A stretch of DNA of 64,000 nucleotides from an uncultured Clostridiaceae bacterium (GTDB lineage Bacteria; Bacillota; Clostridia; TANB77; CAG-508). A model generated the notes under the pieces. The model was not told where the DNA came from, ran no database searches, and saw only the letters and a program-made list of their open reading frames with translations. The position numbers and the translations under genes were made by a program. Each line of letters starts with the position of its first letter. Within the stretch, counting starts at the first letter, position 1. Of the stretch, positions 40,240-50,810 are shown in pieces. The DNA lies in NCBI GenBank assembly GCA_947642455.1, contig CANRSN010000001.1:20773-84772 (forward strand), written 5' to 3'.

Positions 40240-41307
40240 ATGAATACTAATAATTTTTCAAACGAAAATGAAAATGAGAATGAAATAAAAAAAACTGATA
40301 AAAAACTTACTATATTTAATTTTATTCTTATTGTTGTTATTTTTATAGGTTTAACTGTTTATATGTTTTGTATTGATGGTATAGAAAATATTATATATGT
40401 TTTAAAAAATGTCAACTATGTTTGGGTTTTAGCTGGTTTAGGATGTCTATTCTTACTATGGCTATGTGATTCTTTAACTTTACATATCCCACTAAAAAAG
40501 TTATATCCTAAGCAAAAGTTTACTAATTCTATAAAAGTAACTATGATAGGACAATTATTTAATAATATAACTCCTTTTTCTTCTGGAGGACAGCCTATGC
40601 AAGCATATGAGCTTACCAAAACTGGAAAAAGAGCTAGCGATTCTATGTCTATTCTTGCAATGAAATTTATAATTACACAAATTGCTTTAGTCTCTTTTAC
40701 TTTAGTTGTTGTTATATTTCAATTAGACTTTTTCAAAGAGTTATTTAAGGATTTTTTGTGGGTTGCTATTTTAGGAATATTAGCAAATATTTTATTAATT
40801 GTTGTGGTAATTTTAGCAGGAATTAATAAGAAGTTTATAACTTGGATTACTACTCCTGTTATTAAATTATTGGCTAAAATTAAAATAATAAAAAAACCAG
40901 AAAATACGATTGAAAAACTAGATTCTAGTATAACAAACTTTAATCAACAATTTAAACTTATGAATTCTCAAAAATTAGTTGTATTACAAATTTTTGTAAT
41001 ATCATGTATTCAAAGTTTAGCATATTATTCAATAACTTATATGGTTTATAGAGCTTTTGGAAATTCTGGTATTGATTTTTGGCAAATTGTACCTGTTCAA
41101 GCATTTTTACTTTTATTTATGACTATTATTCCTACTCCTGGAGCTGGAATTGGAGCTGAAGGCGGATTTTTAATTTTATTTAACTCTATTTTTAAAGAAG
41201 GTACTATTAATTTATCTATTCTTTTCTGGAGAATTTATACATTCTATTTACCAATTATTGTTGGCTCACTATTTTTAATACCTTCAAGAAAGAGCAAAGC
41301 AGAATAA
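40240..41307 (+). CDS. Lysylphosphatidylglycerol-synthase-TM / flippase-like membrane protein
   Basis: NITPFSSGGQP, PTPGAGIGAEG, WRIYTFY. Confidence 0.85.
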   Translation: MNTNNFSNENENENEIKKTDKKLTIFNFILIVVIFIGLTVYMFCIDGIENIIYVLKNVNYVWVLAGLGCLFLLWLCDSLTLHIPLKKLYPKQKFTNSIKVTMIGQLFNNITPFSSGGQPMQAYELTKTGKRASDSMSILAMKFIITQIALVSFTLVVVIFQLDFFKELFKDFLWVAILGILANILLIVVVILAGINKKFITWITTPVIKLLAKIKIIKKPENTIEKLDSSITNFNQQFKLMNSQKLVVLQIFVISCIQSLAYYSITYMVYRAFGNSGIDFWQIVPVQAFLLLFMTIIPTPGAGIGAEGGFLILFNSIFKEGTINLSILFWRIYTFYLPIIVGSLFLIPSRKSKAE

Positions 41308-41335
41308 ACATCACAAATCAAATAGATAAGACAAT

Positions 41336-41582
41336 CTTTTTTGTTGTTTGCAAATGCTCAATCCTTTTGGATTAACTATTTAGAGATATTATAATATATA
41401 TTCTGTGTTATTAATATTTATTTTTATAAGTTTTGCGCAGGGAAGCTCCCAAAGTGGACATGACCCAGAGCGATTGGCGTAGCCAGTAAAAAACTTATAA
41501 AAATAAATATTAATAACACAGAAGAATATAAATTAAATAGTAGTTAATCCAAAAGGATTGAGCATTTGCAAACAACAAAAAG
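41336..41582 (+). repeat. Palindromic element family A, full copy (core 41428-41496)
   Basis: ~40-bp perfect outer IR TTGTTGTTTGCAAATGCTCAATCCTTTTGGATTAACTA, inner IR TTCTGTGTTATTAATATTTATTTT, conserved core. Confidence 0.92.
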
Positions 41583-41622
41583 GACTGCCACATGAAAAGG
41601 ACAGCCCTATTGTTTATTTATA

Positions 41623-41799
41623 TTAATTATCACTTTCTTCTGGAGCTTCTACTGGGCAAACGCCTCTGCAAGTTCCACAACCTATACATTGTTCTGGATC
41701 AATTACATATCTATCGTCACCTTCTGCTATACAAGCTACAGGACATTCTGCTGCACAAGCACCACATTTAATACATTTTTCTGTTATTTTATATGCCAT
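41623..41799 (-). CDS. 2[4Fe-4S] ferredoxin
   Basis: MAYKI.. CIKCGACAAECP, CIGCGTCRGVCP. Confidence 0.92.
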   Translation of the reverse strand: MAYKITEKCIKCGACAAECPVACIAEGDDRYVIDPEQCIGCGTCRGVCPVEAPEESDN

Positions 41800-41864
41800 A
41801 TATATCACCACCCTTCTATGCTACATCTATACTATATTTTATTAGTACATTTATTATTTAATGA

Positions 41865-42788
41865 TTAAAAATCATCATCATCTATATTTGTTTGATCTAT
41901 CTTTGCCAATTTTTCTAATTCTTGTAACTCTTTTAAATGTTGTTTTTCTTCTTCATCTAAAACTTCTTCTTCTATATTTTTTATTATTTTCACATTAGGA
42001 GATTCATATTTTTTATAATAAAATTCCCCATTTTCATCTTTTAATTTAACTCTAATTCTTTCTCTTAAAGTTTCTACACCTTCTACAATTCCTTCTCCGT
42101 CTTCTGTTTTTACAATTGCACCAATTTTTGGAAGTCTACTCATTTTTTCTTCATAAACATCTTGTTCATACTTTAAACAGCACATTAACCTGCCACAGTT
42201 TCCAGATATTTTTGATGGGTTTAGTGACATATTTTGCTCTTTTGCCATTTTTATAGATACAGTTTCAAAGTTTCCTAAAAAAGAGCAACAACATAATTCT
42301 CTGCCACAAACTCCATTTCCACCTATTCTTTTTACTTCATCTCTAACGCCAATTTGTCTTAACTCTATTCTTGTTTTAAAAATTGCTGCTAAATCTTTTA
42401 CTAAATCTCTAAAATCTATTCTGCCATCTGCTGTAAAATAAAATAAAACTTTACTATTATCAAACTTAAATTCTACATCAATTAAAGTCATATCTAGTTT
42501 GTGTTCTTTTATTTTTTCTTCACAAATTTTGAAAGCTGATTTTTCTTTTTCTTTGTTTGATTTATATTTTTTTTCATCTTTATAATTAGCAATTCTAATT
42601 ACTTTCTTCAAAGGTTTTTCTATTTTTTCATCTGGAAGCTGTCTATTGCTAATAACTACTTGTCCATATTCCTCTCCTTGTGCTGTTTCTACAATTACAA
42701 AACTCCCATTTGAAATTCTTAAATTTCCTGGATCAAAAAAATATATTTTGCCTGGCTTTTTAAATCTAACACCTACTATATTTTTCAT
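41865..42788 (-). CDS. ricT: PSP1-domain RicT/YaaT family protein
   Basis: RIDFRDLVKDLA, CGRELCC, CGRLMCCL. Confidence 0.9.
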   Translation of the reverse strand: MKNIVGVRFKKPGKIYFFDPGNLRISNGSFVIVETAQGEEYGQVVISNRQLPDEKIEKPLKKVIRIANYKDEKKYKSNKEKEKSAFKICEEKIKEHKLDMTLIDVEFKFDNSKVLFYFTADGRIDFRDLVKDLAAIFKTRIELRQIGVRDEVKRIGGNGVCGRELCCCSFLGNFETVSIKMAKEQNMSLNPSKISGNCGRLMCCLKYEQDVYEEKMSRLPKIGAIVKTEDGEGIVEGVETLRERIRVKLKDENGEFYYKKYESPNVKIIKNIEEEVLDEEEKQHLKELQELEKLAKIDQTNIDDDDF

Positions 42789-43674
42789 TAATCTCCTCCC
42801 ACATCTTAATTAAAAGTCTATCTATACTCATATCATAATTACTATTTTGCAAAAGTCGTGTTTTTACATCTTCTACCAATTGTATACAGTTTATATATCT
42901 TATATCATTTTTATTATACAATATAATATTAATATAGTCCAGTAATTCTTGTATATTATCTTTTGATTTATATAGTATTTCTGATTTATTCAAAATATCT
43001 ATTAAGTCTTTTGTCGATATATTGTTAATTATATTCTCTAAATTTATATATATTTCTTTTCTCTCTTCTATTAGTCTTGCTTTACCAATACTTCCTCCAC
43101 ACATTGAAACCATATTAGTTGTAACATCTTTTGAAATATTCTCTTCAATATAAATTTTTAAACATTCCTCAGATATTGCCTCAAAAGGAACTTTCATGCA
43201 TCTTGATTTAATTGTATTTAATAATTTACTTTCATTTGAAGCAATTAGAATAATCACCGCATATTCTGGTGGTTCTTCTAAAGTTTTTAGTAAACAATTT
43301 TGTGCTTCAACAGTCATAGTATCTGCATTATCTATTATATATACCTTTTTTGATGAAATAATTGGCTTTTCTGCTATCTTTTCTTGCATAAATCTAATTT
43401 GTTCTATTTTAATATTTTTTGCATCTTCTAATTGTTCTATTTTCATATAATCTGGATTATTATTACTATTAAATTCCATACATGATTTACAATTATTACA
43501 ATATTTATTTTCTTGCATACACATAATTGCTTTTGCAAATTCTTCTGCAAATAATTTTTTACCAATTCCTTCTATACCAACAAAAATATAGCTATGTAAT
43601 ATGTTGTTACTATTTATTGATTTAATTAATAATTGTTTTGCTTTATCATTTCCTATAAGATTTTCAAAAACCAA
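42766..43674 (-). CDS. holB: DNA polymerase III delta' subunit
   Basis: GIGK, AQNCLLKTLEEP, TIKSRC; upstream of ricT. Confidence 0.9.
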   Translation of the reverse strand: MVFENLIGNDKAKQLLIKSINSNNILHSYIFVGIEGIGKKLFAEEFAKAIMCMQENKYCNNCKSCMEFNSNNNPDYMKIEQLEDAKNIKIEQIRFMQEKIAEKPIISSKKVYIIDNADTMTVEAQNCLLKTLEEPPEYAVIILIASNESKLLNTIKSRCMKVPFEAISEECLKIYIEENISKDVTTNMVSMCGGSIGKARLIEERKEIYINLENIINNISTKDLIDILNKSEILYKSKDNIQELLDYINIILYNKNDIRYINCIQLVEDVKTRLLQNSNYDMSIDRLLIKMWEEINEKYSRC

Positions 43675-43686
43675 TTTTTCTCTCCT

Positions 43687-44304
43687 TTATTTTATTTCTC
43701 CAAATACATCAAATGGCCAAATTCTAATCCATACAATACCTTCTATTCTATCTATTGGAATACACCCAAAATCTCTACAGTCTGTACTACCTGTTCTATT
43801 GTCTCCCATTGCAAAAATATAACCATCTGGAACTGTAAATTCTGTTAAAATTTCATTTTTTGCATATGTTTTTACAGTTTCATCTAAGTATGGTTCATTA
43901 AGTGGAGCATCATTTATATATACTTTGCCATCTTCTATTTTGACTCTTTCCCCTGGTAGACCTATCACCCTTTTTATAAAACTCTCTTTTCCTATTTCTA
44001 GTACATAATATGTAAAACCTGAAAATATATTAGTTGGATCATTGTTATAGCTTGCCTTTACCATTGTAGCAGTACTATTACTAGGTCTTTCAAAAGTTAT
44101 TATATCTCCTCTTTTAGGAATACTCCCAAATGTTTTTGGTAATTTATTTAATATTAACCTTTGACCTTCCTTTAAAGTTGGAAACATTGATGTTTGCCTT
44201 ACTTCTGTAGGAGTTCCTACAAAATATCTTATTAAAATAGCAAGTGTTACTGCTATTACAATACATAAAACCCATTCTAAAATTTCTTTTACTGTATTAT
44301 TCAT
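43687..44304 (-). CDS. lepB: Signal peptidase I
   Basis: SMFPTL, FIKRVIGLPG, GDNRTGSTDCR. Confidence 0.92.
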   Translation of the reverse strand: MNNTVKEILEWVLCIVIAVTLAILIRYFVGTPTEVRQTSMFPTLKEGQRLILNKLPKTFGSIPKRGDIITFERPSNSTATMVKASYNNDPTNIFSGFTYYVLEIGKESFIKRVIGLPGERVKIEDGKVYINDAPLNEPYLDETVKTYAKNEILTEFTVPDGYIFAMGDNRTGSTDCRDFGCIPIDRIEGIVWIRIWPFDVFGEIK

Positions 44305-44384
44305 TACTTTACTTCCTTTCTATTTCAAGTTTCACTACTTTGCAAAATGTTAATTTTTACACTTATTTACTAAAATTTTTGTAT

Positions 44385-44438
44385 CTATTCAAAGGTATGC
44401 AAAACTCATTTTCTGATGTGTTATTAATATTTTTTATT
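44385..44438 (+). repeat. Degenerate family A half-element
   Basis: CTATTCAAAGGTATGCAAAA...TCTGATGTGTTATTAATATTT resembles 12900-12950. Confidence 0.6.
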
Positions 44439-44448
44439 CTTTTGATTT

Positions 44449-45675
44449 TTACTTTTTTGTTGGAATTCTAATAACCACTTCTGTTCCTTTTCCAACTTCA
44501 CTTTTTATATCTATACTTCCTCTATTTTTATCTAGTATTTCTTTTGCAATTGAAAGACCCAAACCAGTTCCTCCTAATTCTCTTGTACGTGCCTTATCTA
44601 CCCTGTAAAATCTATCAAATATTCTTCCAAGTTCTTCTTCTGGAATTCCTATTCCATTATCTATTACTTTTATATATGCGTCATTATATACAAAACCAAC
44701 ATATATTTTTATTGTTCCACCTTCTTTAGTATATTTAATGCTATTTGTCAAAATATTTAATATTACTCTTTCTATTCCCTCTTTATTAGCATATACAGGT
44801 GGGACATTTGCTGTAACAAAGCATTCTGCATATTGCTTTTTCTTATCTATTTCTATTTGTAATTTTTCTTGACATTTTTTAGTTAATTCTCCTAAATCAA
44901 ATTCAACAATTTCATAATTTACCTTATTGTTATCATATCTTGATAAAATTAGCAAATCTGTTACTAATTTTGCCATTCTTCTTGCTTCTGAAGATATTAC
45001 ATTTAAAAATTTGTCTTGTGTTTCTTTGTCATATTCTCCTTCTAATAATGTATCTGCATATCCCATAATTGATGTTATTGGAGTTTTTAATTCATGTGAT
45101 ACATCTGCTACAAACTCTTTTCTCATATTATCAAGTTTTACATGTTCTGTTATATCTTGTATAACTACCATAATGCCTGATGGTCTATCATTTTCATCTT
45201 TTAGTGATGCAAAAAATATATTCAAATATCTGTCTTCAACTTGTACTCTTTGTTCTGATGATGTCCAATTTTCTAGATATACTATTTTTTCTAAATTTAT
45301 TTCAATATTAATTTTGTTAAATATTTTTTCGAAGTTATTATCCTTTTCAGATATTTTCAAAAACTCAATTGCAGCAGGATTTATATGTGTTATTTTTCCT
45401 TCCATATTGAAAACTATTATTCCATCTGTCATATGAAGTAGTATTGCTTCCATTTGCTTTTTTTCTCTACTTACATCATTTATATTATCTGCTATTTCAT
45501 TTGTAATTGATTTTAATACATTTATTTGTTCTACATTTTTCCCTTCTGTAATTCTTAAGGCTCTTTTTATGAAATTACCCCTTTTTCTAGGTATAAACAT
45601 TCCTATTATTATTCCTATTAGCAAAATTAGTAATATACCAAAAATGAATACTGCAATTTGCTGTACATCTCTCAT
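44449..45675 (-). CDS. WalK-like PAS sensor histidine kinase (single TM, no extracellular domain)
   Basis: DVSHELKTP, N/G1/G2 boxes, RVDKARTR. Confidence 0.88.
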   Translation of the reverse strand: MRDVQQIAVFIFGILLILLIGIIIGMFIPRKRGNFIKRALRITEGKNVEQINVLKSITNEIADNINDVSREKKQMEAILLHMTDGIIVFNMEGKITHINPAAIEFLKISEKDNNFEKIFNKINIEINLEKIVYLENWTSSEQRVQVEDRYLNIFFASLKDENDRPSGIMVVIQDITEHVKLDNMRKEFVADVSHELKTPITSIMGYADTLLEGEYDKETQDKFLNVISSEARRMAKLVTDLLILSRYDNNKVNYEIVEFDLGELTKKCQEKLQIEIDKKKQYAECFVTANVPPVYANKEGIERVILNILTNSIKYTKEGGTIKIYVGFVYNDAYIKVIDNGIGIPEEELGRIFDRFYRVDKARTRELGGTGLGLSIAKEILDKNRGSIDIKSEVGKGTEVVIRIPTKK

Positions 45676-45805
45676 TTTATTTCTTCCCTTCTATTTACTA
45701 CCTGTTTTTAATATTTATCTTATGTTGTTGTATTTCTGAAAAATAACCTAAATTTTTTATATTCAAAAGTTTTTCAACAATTTGCAAATTTGTTTACATT
45801 TTTTA

Positions 45806-45832
45806 AGGAACGTGCTTTTGAAACACGTTCCT
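45806..45832. terminator. Hairpin after the response regulator
   Basis: AGGAACGTG-cttttgaaa-CACGTTCCT. Confidence 0.55.
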
Positions 45833-45851
45833 CATTTGTCTCTATGGCACT

Positions 45852-46589
45852 CTATTTTGCTGCTATATAATACCCTACTCCTCTTTTAGTTATTAATATC
45901 TTTGGATTCGAAGTATCTTTTTCGATTTTTTCTCTAATTCTCCTTACTGTAACATCTACAGTTCTTATATCTCCATAATATTCGTACCCCCATACTTTTT
46001 CTAACAAGATTTCTCTTGTTACTACTTGTCCTGGTTGGTTTGCCAAATATTTCAATACTTCAAATTCTCTTAAAGTAAGATCCATTACTTCTCCTCTTAC
46101 TCTAACTTCAAACCTTGCTAAATCTAGTGATAAATCTCCTACTGTTAATACACTTTCATCTTCTGCTTGCTCTTCTTCTCCTTCTTTTTTGTCTATAATA
46201 TTTGCACTTACTTCTGCTTTTCTCAAATTAGCTTTTACCCTTGCCATTAACTCTCTAATACTAAATGGTTTAGTTATATAGTCATCTGCTCCAAATTCTA
46301 GTCCCAAAATTTTATCTATTTCTTCATCTTTTGCAGAAATCATTAAAATAGGTACATTTAGGGTTTGCCTTATTCTTTTACATACTGATAACCCATCTAG
46401 TTTTGGAAGCATTATGTCTAATAATATTAAATCTGGTTTTCTTTCTAATGCCATGTTTAGTGCTTGCTCACCATCATTTGCTTCTAATGTATTGTATCCT
46501 TCTTTTTGAAGGTTTAATGCTAACATTGTTACAATTGTCTTTTCATCATCCACTATTAGTATAGTTTTTTTCTTTGCATTTTCTTCCAT
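45852..46589 (-). CDS. OmpR-family response regulator (WalR-like)
   Basis: LLDIMLP, ADDYITKPF, RTVDVTVRRIREKIE. Confidence 0.92.
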   Translation of the reverse strand: MEENAKKKTILIVDDEKTIVTMLALNLQKEGYNTLEANDGEQALNMALERKPDLILLDIMLPKLDGLSVCKRIRQTLNVPILMISAKDEEIDKILGLEFGADDYITKPFSIRELMARVKANLRKAEVSANIIDKKEGEEEQAEDESVLTVGDLSLDLARFEVRVRGEVMDLTLREFEVLKYLANQPGQVVTREILLEKVWGYEYYGDIRTVDVTVRRIREKIEKDTSNPKILITKRGVGYYIAAK

Positions 46590-46711
46590 AGAAGTACCGC
46601 TCCTTTTTTAGACTTTTACTTTTATTATTTATATCACACTATAAACTTTTCTTCAATAGTTTTTTAAAATTTTAAACTTTATTGAATAACAATTATACGT
46701 ATTATACTGTT

Positions 46712-46757
46712 TGCTGTGTTATTAATATTTATTTTTATAAGTTTTGCGCAGGGAAGC
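46712..46757 (+). repeat. Family A truncated copy (left inner arm plus core start)
   Basis: TGCTGTGTTATTAATATTTATTTTTATAAGTTTTGCGCAGGGAAGC. Confidence 0.85.
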
Positions 46758-46768
46758 ATAGCCAATAT

Positions 46769-47668
46769 CTATTTACTATTTTCACTTAATGTAGCTTCTT
46801 TTTGTTTCTCACATCTCTTTTCTACTATATAATCTAAATTCATTGCTACATCTACATATTCCTTTTGATATTTTTTTATATCATTTTCAGAGTTTTGATA
46901 AACATATGCACCTTTTAATTTTTCTGACATAGTTACCATTCCTATTGTTAATTCAAAAAAGTCATTTTCTTCTTTTATTCTGCTATCTGTAATTTTTGTT
47001 CCACTAGAAGTGTATGTTGCCACTAATTTTCCATCTATAAGATATTGATATACCGTGTTTCTTCCATATATAACCTCTTCTCCTGCCTCTTTATTAAAAT
47101 CAGATTTCATTCTAGTTTCAACAATATTTCCTAATTTATCTCTTTTAACTATTAGATAGCCAGGTTTATATACTTTTATTCCTAATCTTTCGGCTGTTAT
47201 TGGCTCTAATGGATTAAGTTTATTATACTCATTTGCAATTATTTCTTTTCTATTATAATTAATAGAAGCATCATTATTTAATTTTTCTACTTTTTTTAAT
47301 AATTTATCATATTCGAATTCTTGTTCTGGCTCAATTTCTTTTAGTTCAATTCTATCTTCATATACTGCTTCCTTTACTTCTTGTGCCTTTTGTTGTTTAC
47401 TCACAGTGTTATATACATTAACTGTTAACATACTAACAGATAATAATCCCATAGTTAACATTAATCCAATATTTCTTTTTTCTCTTTTCATTCTTTCAAA
47501 TCTTTTTTCCATAATTGGAAAATCTCTAAAATATTCATCTATATAATGCTTTTTATTTTGTTTAAATATTTCAGGTGTTATTTGGCTATATTTATTTAAT
47601 ATATGCTTTTTGGCTCTTCTTTCTATTTCTTCATCTATGGTTATAAACTTTTTCCCCTTATATTTCAT
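46769..47668 (-). CDS. Hypothetical membrane-anchored protein, 299 aa
   Basis: ORF with GGAG RBS and one TM; no motif. Confidence 0.7.
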   Translation of the reverse strand: MKYKGKKFITIDEEIERRAKKHILNKYSQITPEIFKQNKKHYIDEYFRDFPIMEKRFERMKREKRNIGLMLTMGLLSVSMLTVNVYNTVSKQQKAQEVKEAVYEDRIELKEIEPEQEFEYDKLLKKVEKLNNDASINYNRKEIIANEYNKLNPLEPITAERLGIKVYKPGYLIVKRDKLGNIVETRMKSDFNKEAGEEVIYGRNTVYQYLIDGKLVATYTSSGTKITDSRIKEENDFFELTIGMVTMSEKLKGAYVYQNSENDIKKYQKEYVDVAMNLDYIVEKRCEKQKEATLSENSK

Positions 47669-47724
47669 AATTACTTCTCCTTATATTATTTTTAATAAGT
47701 TTTTCTTTAACCAAAATGCAACTT

Positions 47725-48861
47725 TTAATTCATATAGTCTTTTAATTTCTTGCTTCTGCTTGGATGTCTTAGTTTTCTTAGCGCTTTTGCTTCAATTTGT
47801 CTAATCCTTTCACGTGTTACCATAAATTCTTTTCCAACTTCTTCTAATGTTCTTGCTTTTCCATCTTCTAGCCCAAACCTTAACTTTAGGACTTTTGCTT
47901 CTCTAGGAGTTAATGTTCCCATAACTTCTTCTAGTTGTTCTTTTAAAAGTGTATATGCAGCTGAGTCTTGTGGAGCTGGACTATCATCATCTTGTATAAA
48001 GTCACCCAAGTGACTGTCATCCTCTTCTCCTATTGGAGTTTCTAATGATACTGGATCTTGAGCTATTTTTTGAATTTCCATAACCTTTTCCACTGATATT
48101 TCCATTTCTTTTGCTATTTCTTCTGGGCTTGGCTCACGTCCTAATTGTTGTAATAAATGCCTTGAAGTACGAATTAATTTATTTATTGTTTCCACCATGT
48201 GTACTGGTATTCTTATTGTTCTTGCTTGATCTGCTATTGCTCTTGTTATAGCTTGCCTAATCCACCAAGTTGCATAAGTACTAAACTTAAATCCTTTTTC
48301 ATAGTCGAATTTTTCTACTGCCTTTATTAAGCCCATATTCCCTTCTTGAATTAAATCTAAAAACAACATTCCTCTTCCAACATATTTTTTAGCTATACTT
48401 ACTACTAACCTTAAGTTTGATTCTGTTAATTTTTTCTTTGCATTTTCGTCACCTTCTATAACTTTTTGTGCAAGTTCTAATTCCTCTTCATATGAAAGTA
48501 GAGGAATTCTTCCTATTTCTCTTAAATACATTCTTACTGGATCATCTACATTAATACCATCTAAATTAGTAAGATCTATTTCTTCAATTTTTATGTCTTC
48601 TACTTCTTCTAAATCTTCTATGTCAGGCTCCTCTAAATCTTCTTGTAATATATTTACCCCTAAGTCTTCAAATGCATCAAATACTTTATCTATTTCTTCT
48701 GGGTCTGCTTCATCTAATTGAGTTGCAAGTTCACCAAAAGTAATTTTTCCTTTATTTTTTGCTCTTTCTATTATTTCTTTTACTTTATTTCCCTCATTTT
48801 CTACATTTTCAGTAGATTTTTCTTTTACTTCTATTTGTTCTGCATCATCGGCTTTTTTCAT
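47725..48861 (-). CDS. rpoD: Primary RNA polymerase sigma factor (start 48861 or 48873)
   Basis: [36 protein letters not shown]. Confidence 0.97.
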   Translation of the reverse strand: MKKADDAEQIEVKEKSTENVENEGNKVKEIIERAKNKGKITFGELATQLDEADPEEIDKVFDAFEDLGVNILQEDLEEPDIEDLEEVEDIKIEEIDLTNLDGINVDDPVRMYLREIGRIPLLSYEEELELAQKVIEGDENAKKKLTESNLRLVVSIAKKYVGRGMLFLDLIQEGNMGLIKAVEKFDYEKGFKFSTYATWWIRQAITRAIADQARTIRIPVHMVETINKLIRTSRHLLQQLGREPSPEEIAKEMEISVEKVMEIQKIAQDPVSLETPIGEEDDSHLGDFIQDDDSPAPQDSAAYTLLKEQLEEVMGTLTPREAKVLKLRFGLEDGKARTLEEVGKEFMVTRERIRQIEAKALRKLRHPSRSKKLKDYMN

Positions 48862-48893
48862 TTTTACAAACATTCCTTTCTAATGGGTTCCCC

Positions 48894-50678
48894 CTATTTT
48901 ATTTTCGCAAGGCTTATAATTATATTGTTTAATTCTTCTTCTAATATTTTTCCTTTTTCTTCACTTAAATTCTTATCTTCTAATTTTTTTATTACTTCAT
49001 TTCTTTTTCTTATAAGTTTTTCCTTTTTATATATATAAATTACATCTTCTATACATTTGCCTATTTCTCCAATTTCAAAGTCATATGCTAAAATCCATGA
49101 AAGATAATTTACAGTCTCTTCATCTTCAAACCAATCTATTATATTATTAGTATTACTATTTCCTTTTTCTATTTCTTCATACAATTTTTTTATAATATTC
49201 TGATTTCTTTCTGAGGTAAATTCATCTAATTCTATATTACTTTTTATTTTTTCATAGCTTTGTTCTGGATAATTTATTAATAGATAAATAATTAGTTTTT
49301 CTCTTTTGTCTGCTTGTTCATTTACTACTTTTTCTGTTTTTGTTTCTAACTTAGGCTTTGCTCTTTCTAGCGTTTTTGTGCCTTTTATATTTTGTGAATT
49401 TAATTTGATAACTTCTGCATATATTGCTTCTTTTGAAATGTTATATTCTGATGCTATATTTTGAATGTATACTTCTCTTTCAATTTCATTATCTATTTTT
49501 GATAAAATTTTTGCAATTTCATTTAAGAATTTAATTTTGTCATTAGCATGTTCCAAGTTTAAGTCTTTTTTTAATATTTTTACTTTATATTCTACTAATG
49601 ATATTGATTTTTCAACTTGTTTTTCAAATCTTTCAGGACCATATTTTATTACAAATTCATCTGGATCTTTTGCTCCTTCTATTTGTAATATTCTAACATC
49701 ACAACCTAAATTGCTTAAAATTTCTAAACCTCTTAATGTTGCTGCTTGTCCTGCTCCATCTGAATCATAACCTATTATGACTTGTTCACTACTTTTTCTA
49801 AGAAGCCTTCCTTGTGCTTCTGTCATAGCTGTTCCAAGAGATGCTACCACATTTGTTATTCCTCTTTGATGAAGTGATATTGCATCCATATACCCTTCTA
49901 CTATTATTATTTTTTTTAGATCACCCTTTTTTGCCACATTTAATCCAAATAAATGCCTTCCTTTGCTATATACTATATTTTCTGGAGAATTTATGTATTT
50001 GGGCTTACTATCATCTAAAACTCTTCCTCCAAATGCTATTATTTTATTTCTTACATCTTGTATTGGAAACATTAATCTTTTCCTGTATCTGTCTACATAT
50101 TTACCATCTGGAGTTTTGTTTACTAGTCCTGATGCCAATATTTCCTGTTCTTGAAAGCCTTTTTCTACTAATAATTTGTATAATTCATTATAATTTCCTG
50201 AATACCCTATTAAAAAGTTTTTTAATGTATTATTATCTAACTTTCTTTTTTTTACATATTCTTGTGCTGGCTTTGCTGTAGCACTATTGTATAAATTGTT
50301 ATGATAAAATTCTGCTGTTATTTGATTTATTTCATATACTTTTGACTTTAATATAGCTGTTTTGTTGTCTTCATCTGATTCTAGGGTTGGAAGTTCTACA
50401 CCTGACCTATCTGCCAGTGACTCTATTGTTTCTCTGAAGTTTAGATTTTCTATTTTGCTCACAAAATGAATGACATTTCCACCTACTCCACAACCAAAGC
50501 AATGAAATATTTGCTTATCTGCCGAAACACAAAAAGAAGGTGATTTTTCTTTATGAAATGGACATAAGCCAAAAAAGTTTCTACCACTTCTTTTTAATAC
50601 TACATATTGTGAAATAACGTCTACTATATCATTCCTATTCCTTATCTCATCTATTAACTCTTCACTATATCGTACCAT
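48894..50678 (-). CDS. dnaG: DNA primase
   Basis: CPFHKEKSPSF zinc finger, KYINSPE, EGYMD, DSDGAG. Confidence 0.97.
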   Translation of the reverse strand: MVRYSEELIDEIRNRNDIVDVISQYVVLKRSGRNFFGLCPFHKEKSPSFCVSADKQIFHCFGCGVGGNVIHFVSKIENLNFRETIESLADRSGVELPTLESDEDNKTAILKSKVYEINQITAEFYHNNLYNSATAKPAQEYVKKRKLDNNTLKNFLIGYSGNYNELYKLLVEKGFQEQEILASGLVNKTPDGKYVDRYRKRLMFPIQDVRNKIIAFGGRVLDDSKPKYINSPENIVYSKGRHLFGLNVAKKGDLKKIIIVEGYMDAISLHQRGITNVVASLGTAMTEAQGRLLRKSSEQVIIGYDSDGAGQAATLRGLEILSNLGCDVRILQIEGAKDPDEFVIKYGPERFEKQVEKSISLVEYKVKILKKDLNLEHANDKIKFLNEIAKILSKIDNEIEREVYIQNIASEYNISKEAIYAEVIKLNSQNIKGTKTLERAKPKLETKTEKVVNEQADKREKLIIYLLINYPEQSYEKIKSNIELDEFTSERNQNIIKKLYEEIEKGNSNTNNIIDWFEDEETVNYLSWILAYDFEIGEIGKCIEDVIYIYKKEKLIRKRNEVIKKLEDKNLSEEKGKILEEELNNIIISLAKIK

Positions 50679-50810
50679 TTTCCTACCTTTCTCTATTTTG
50701 CTAATTACTCATTTTGCGCCATATTTATAATATTCGACATAATACACATAAATCCTTCTTTTTATGTAACGCTCTTTGACATTTTTTTACACTTTTATGG
50801 AAAAGTACAA

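Noticed and set aside
8181-41496. Family A core as tRNA, riboswitch or T-box
   Set aside because: No cloverleaf, TTC loop or T-box motif recognised; position relative to genes is inconsistent (also between convergent genes)
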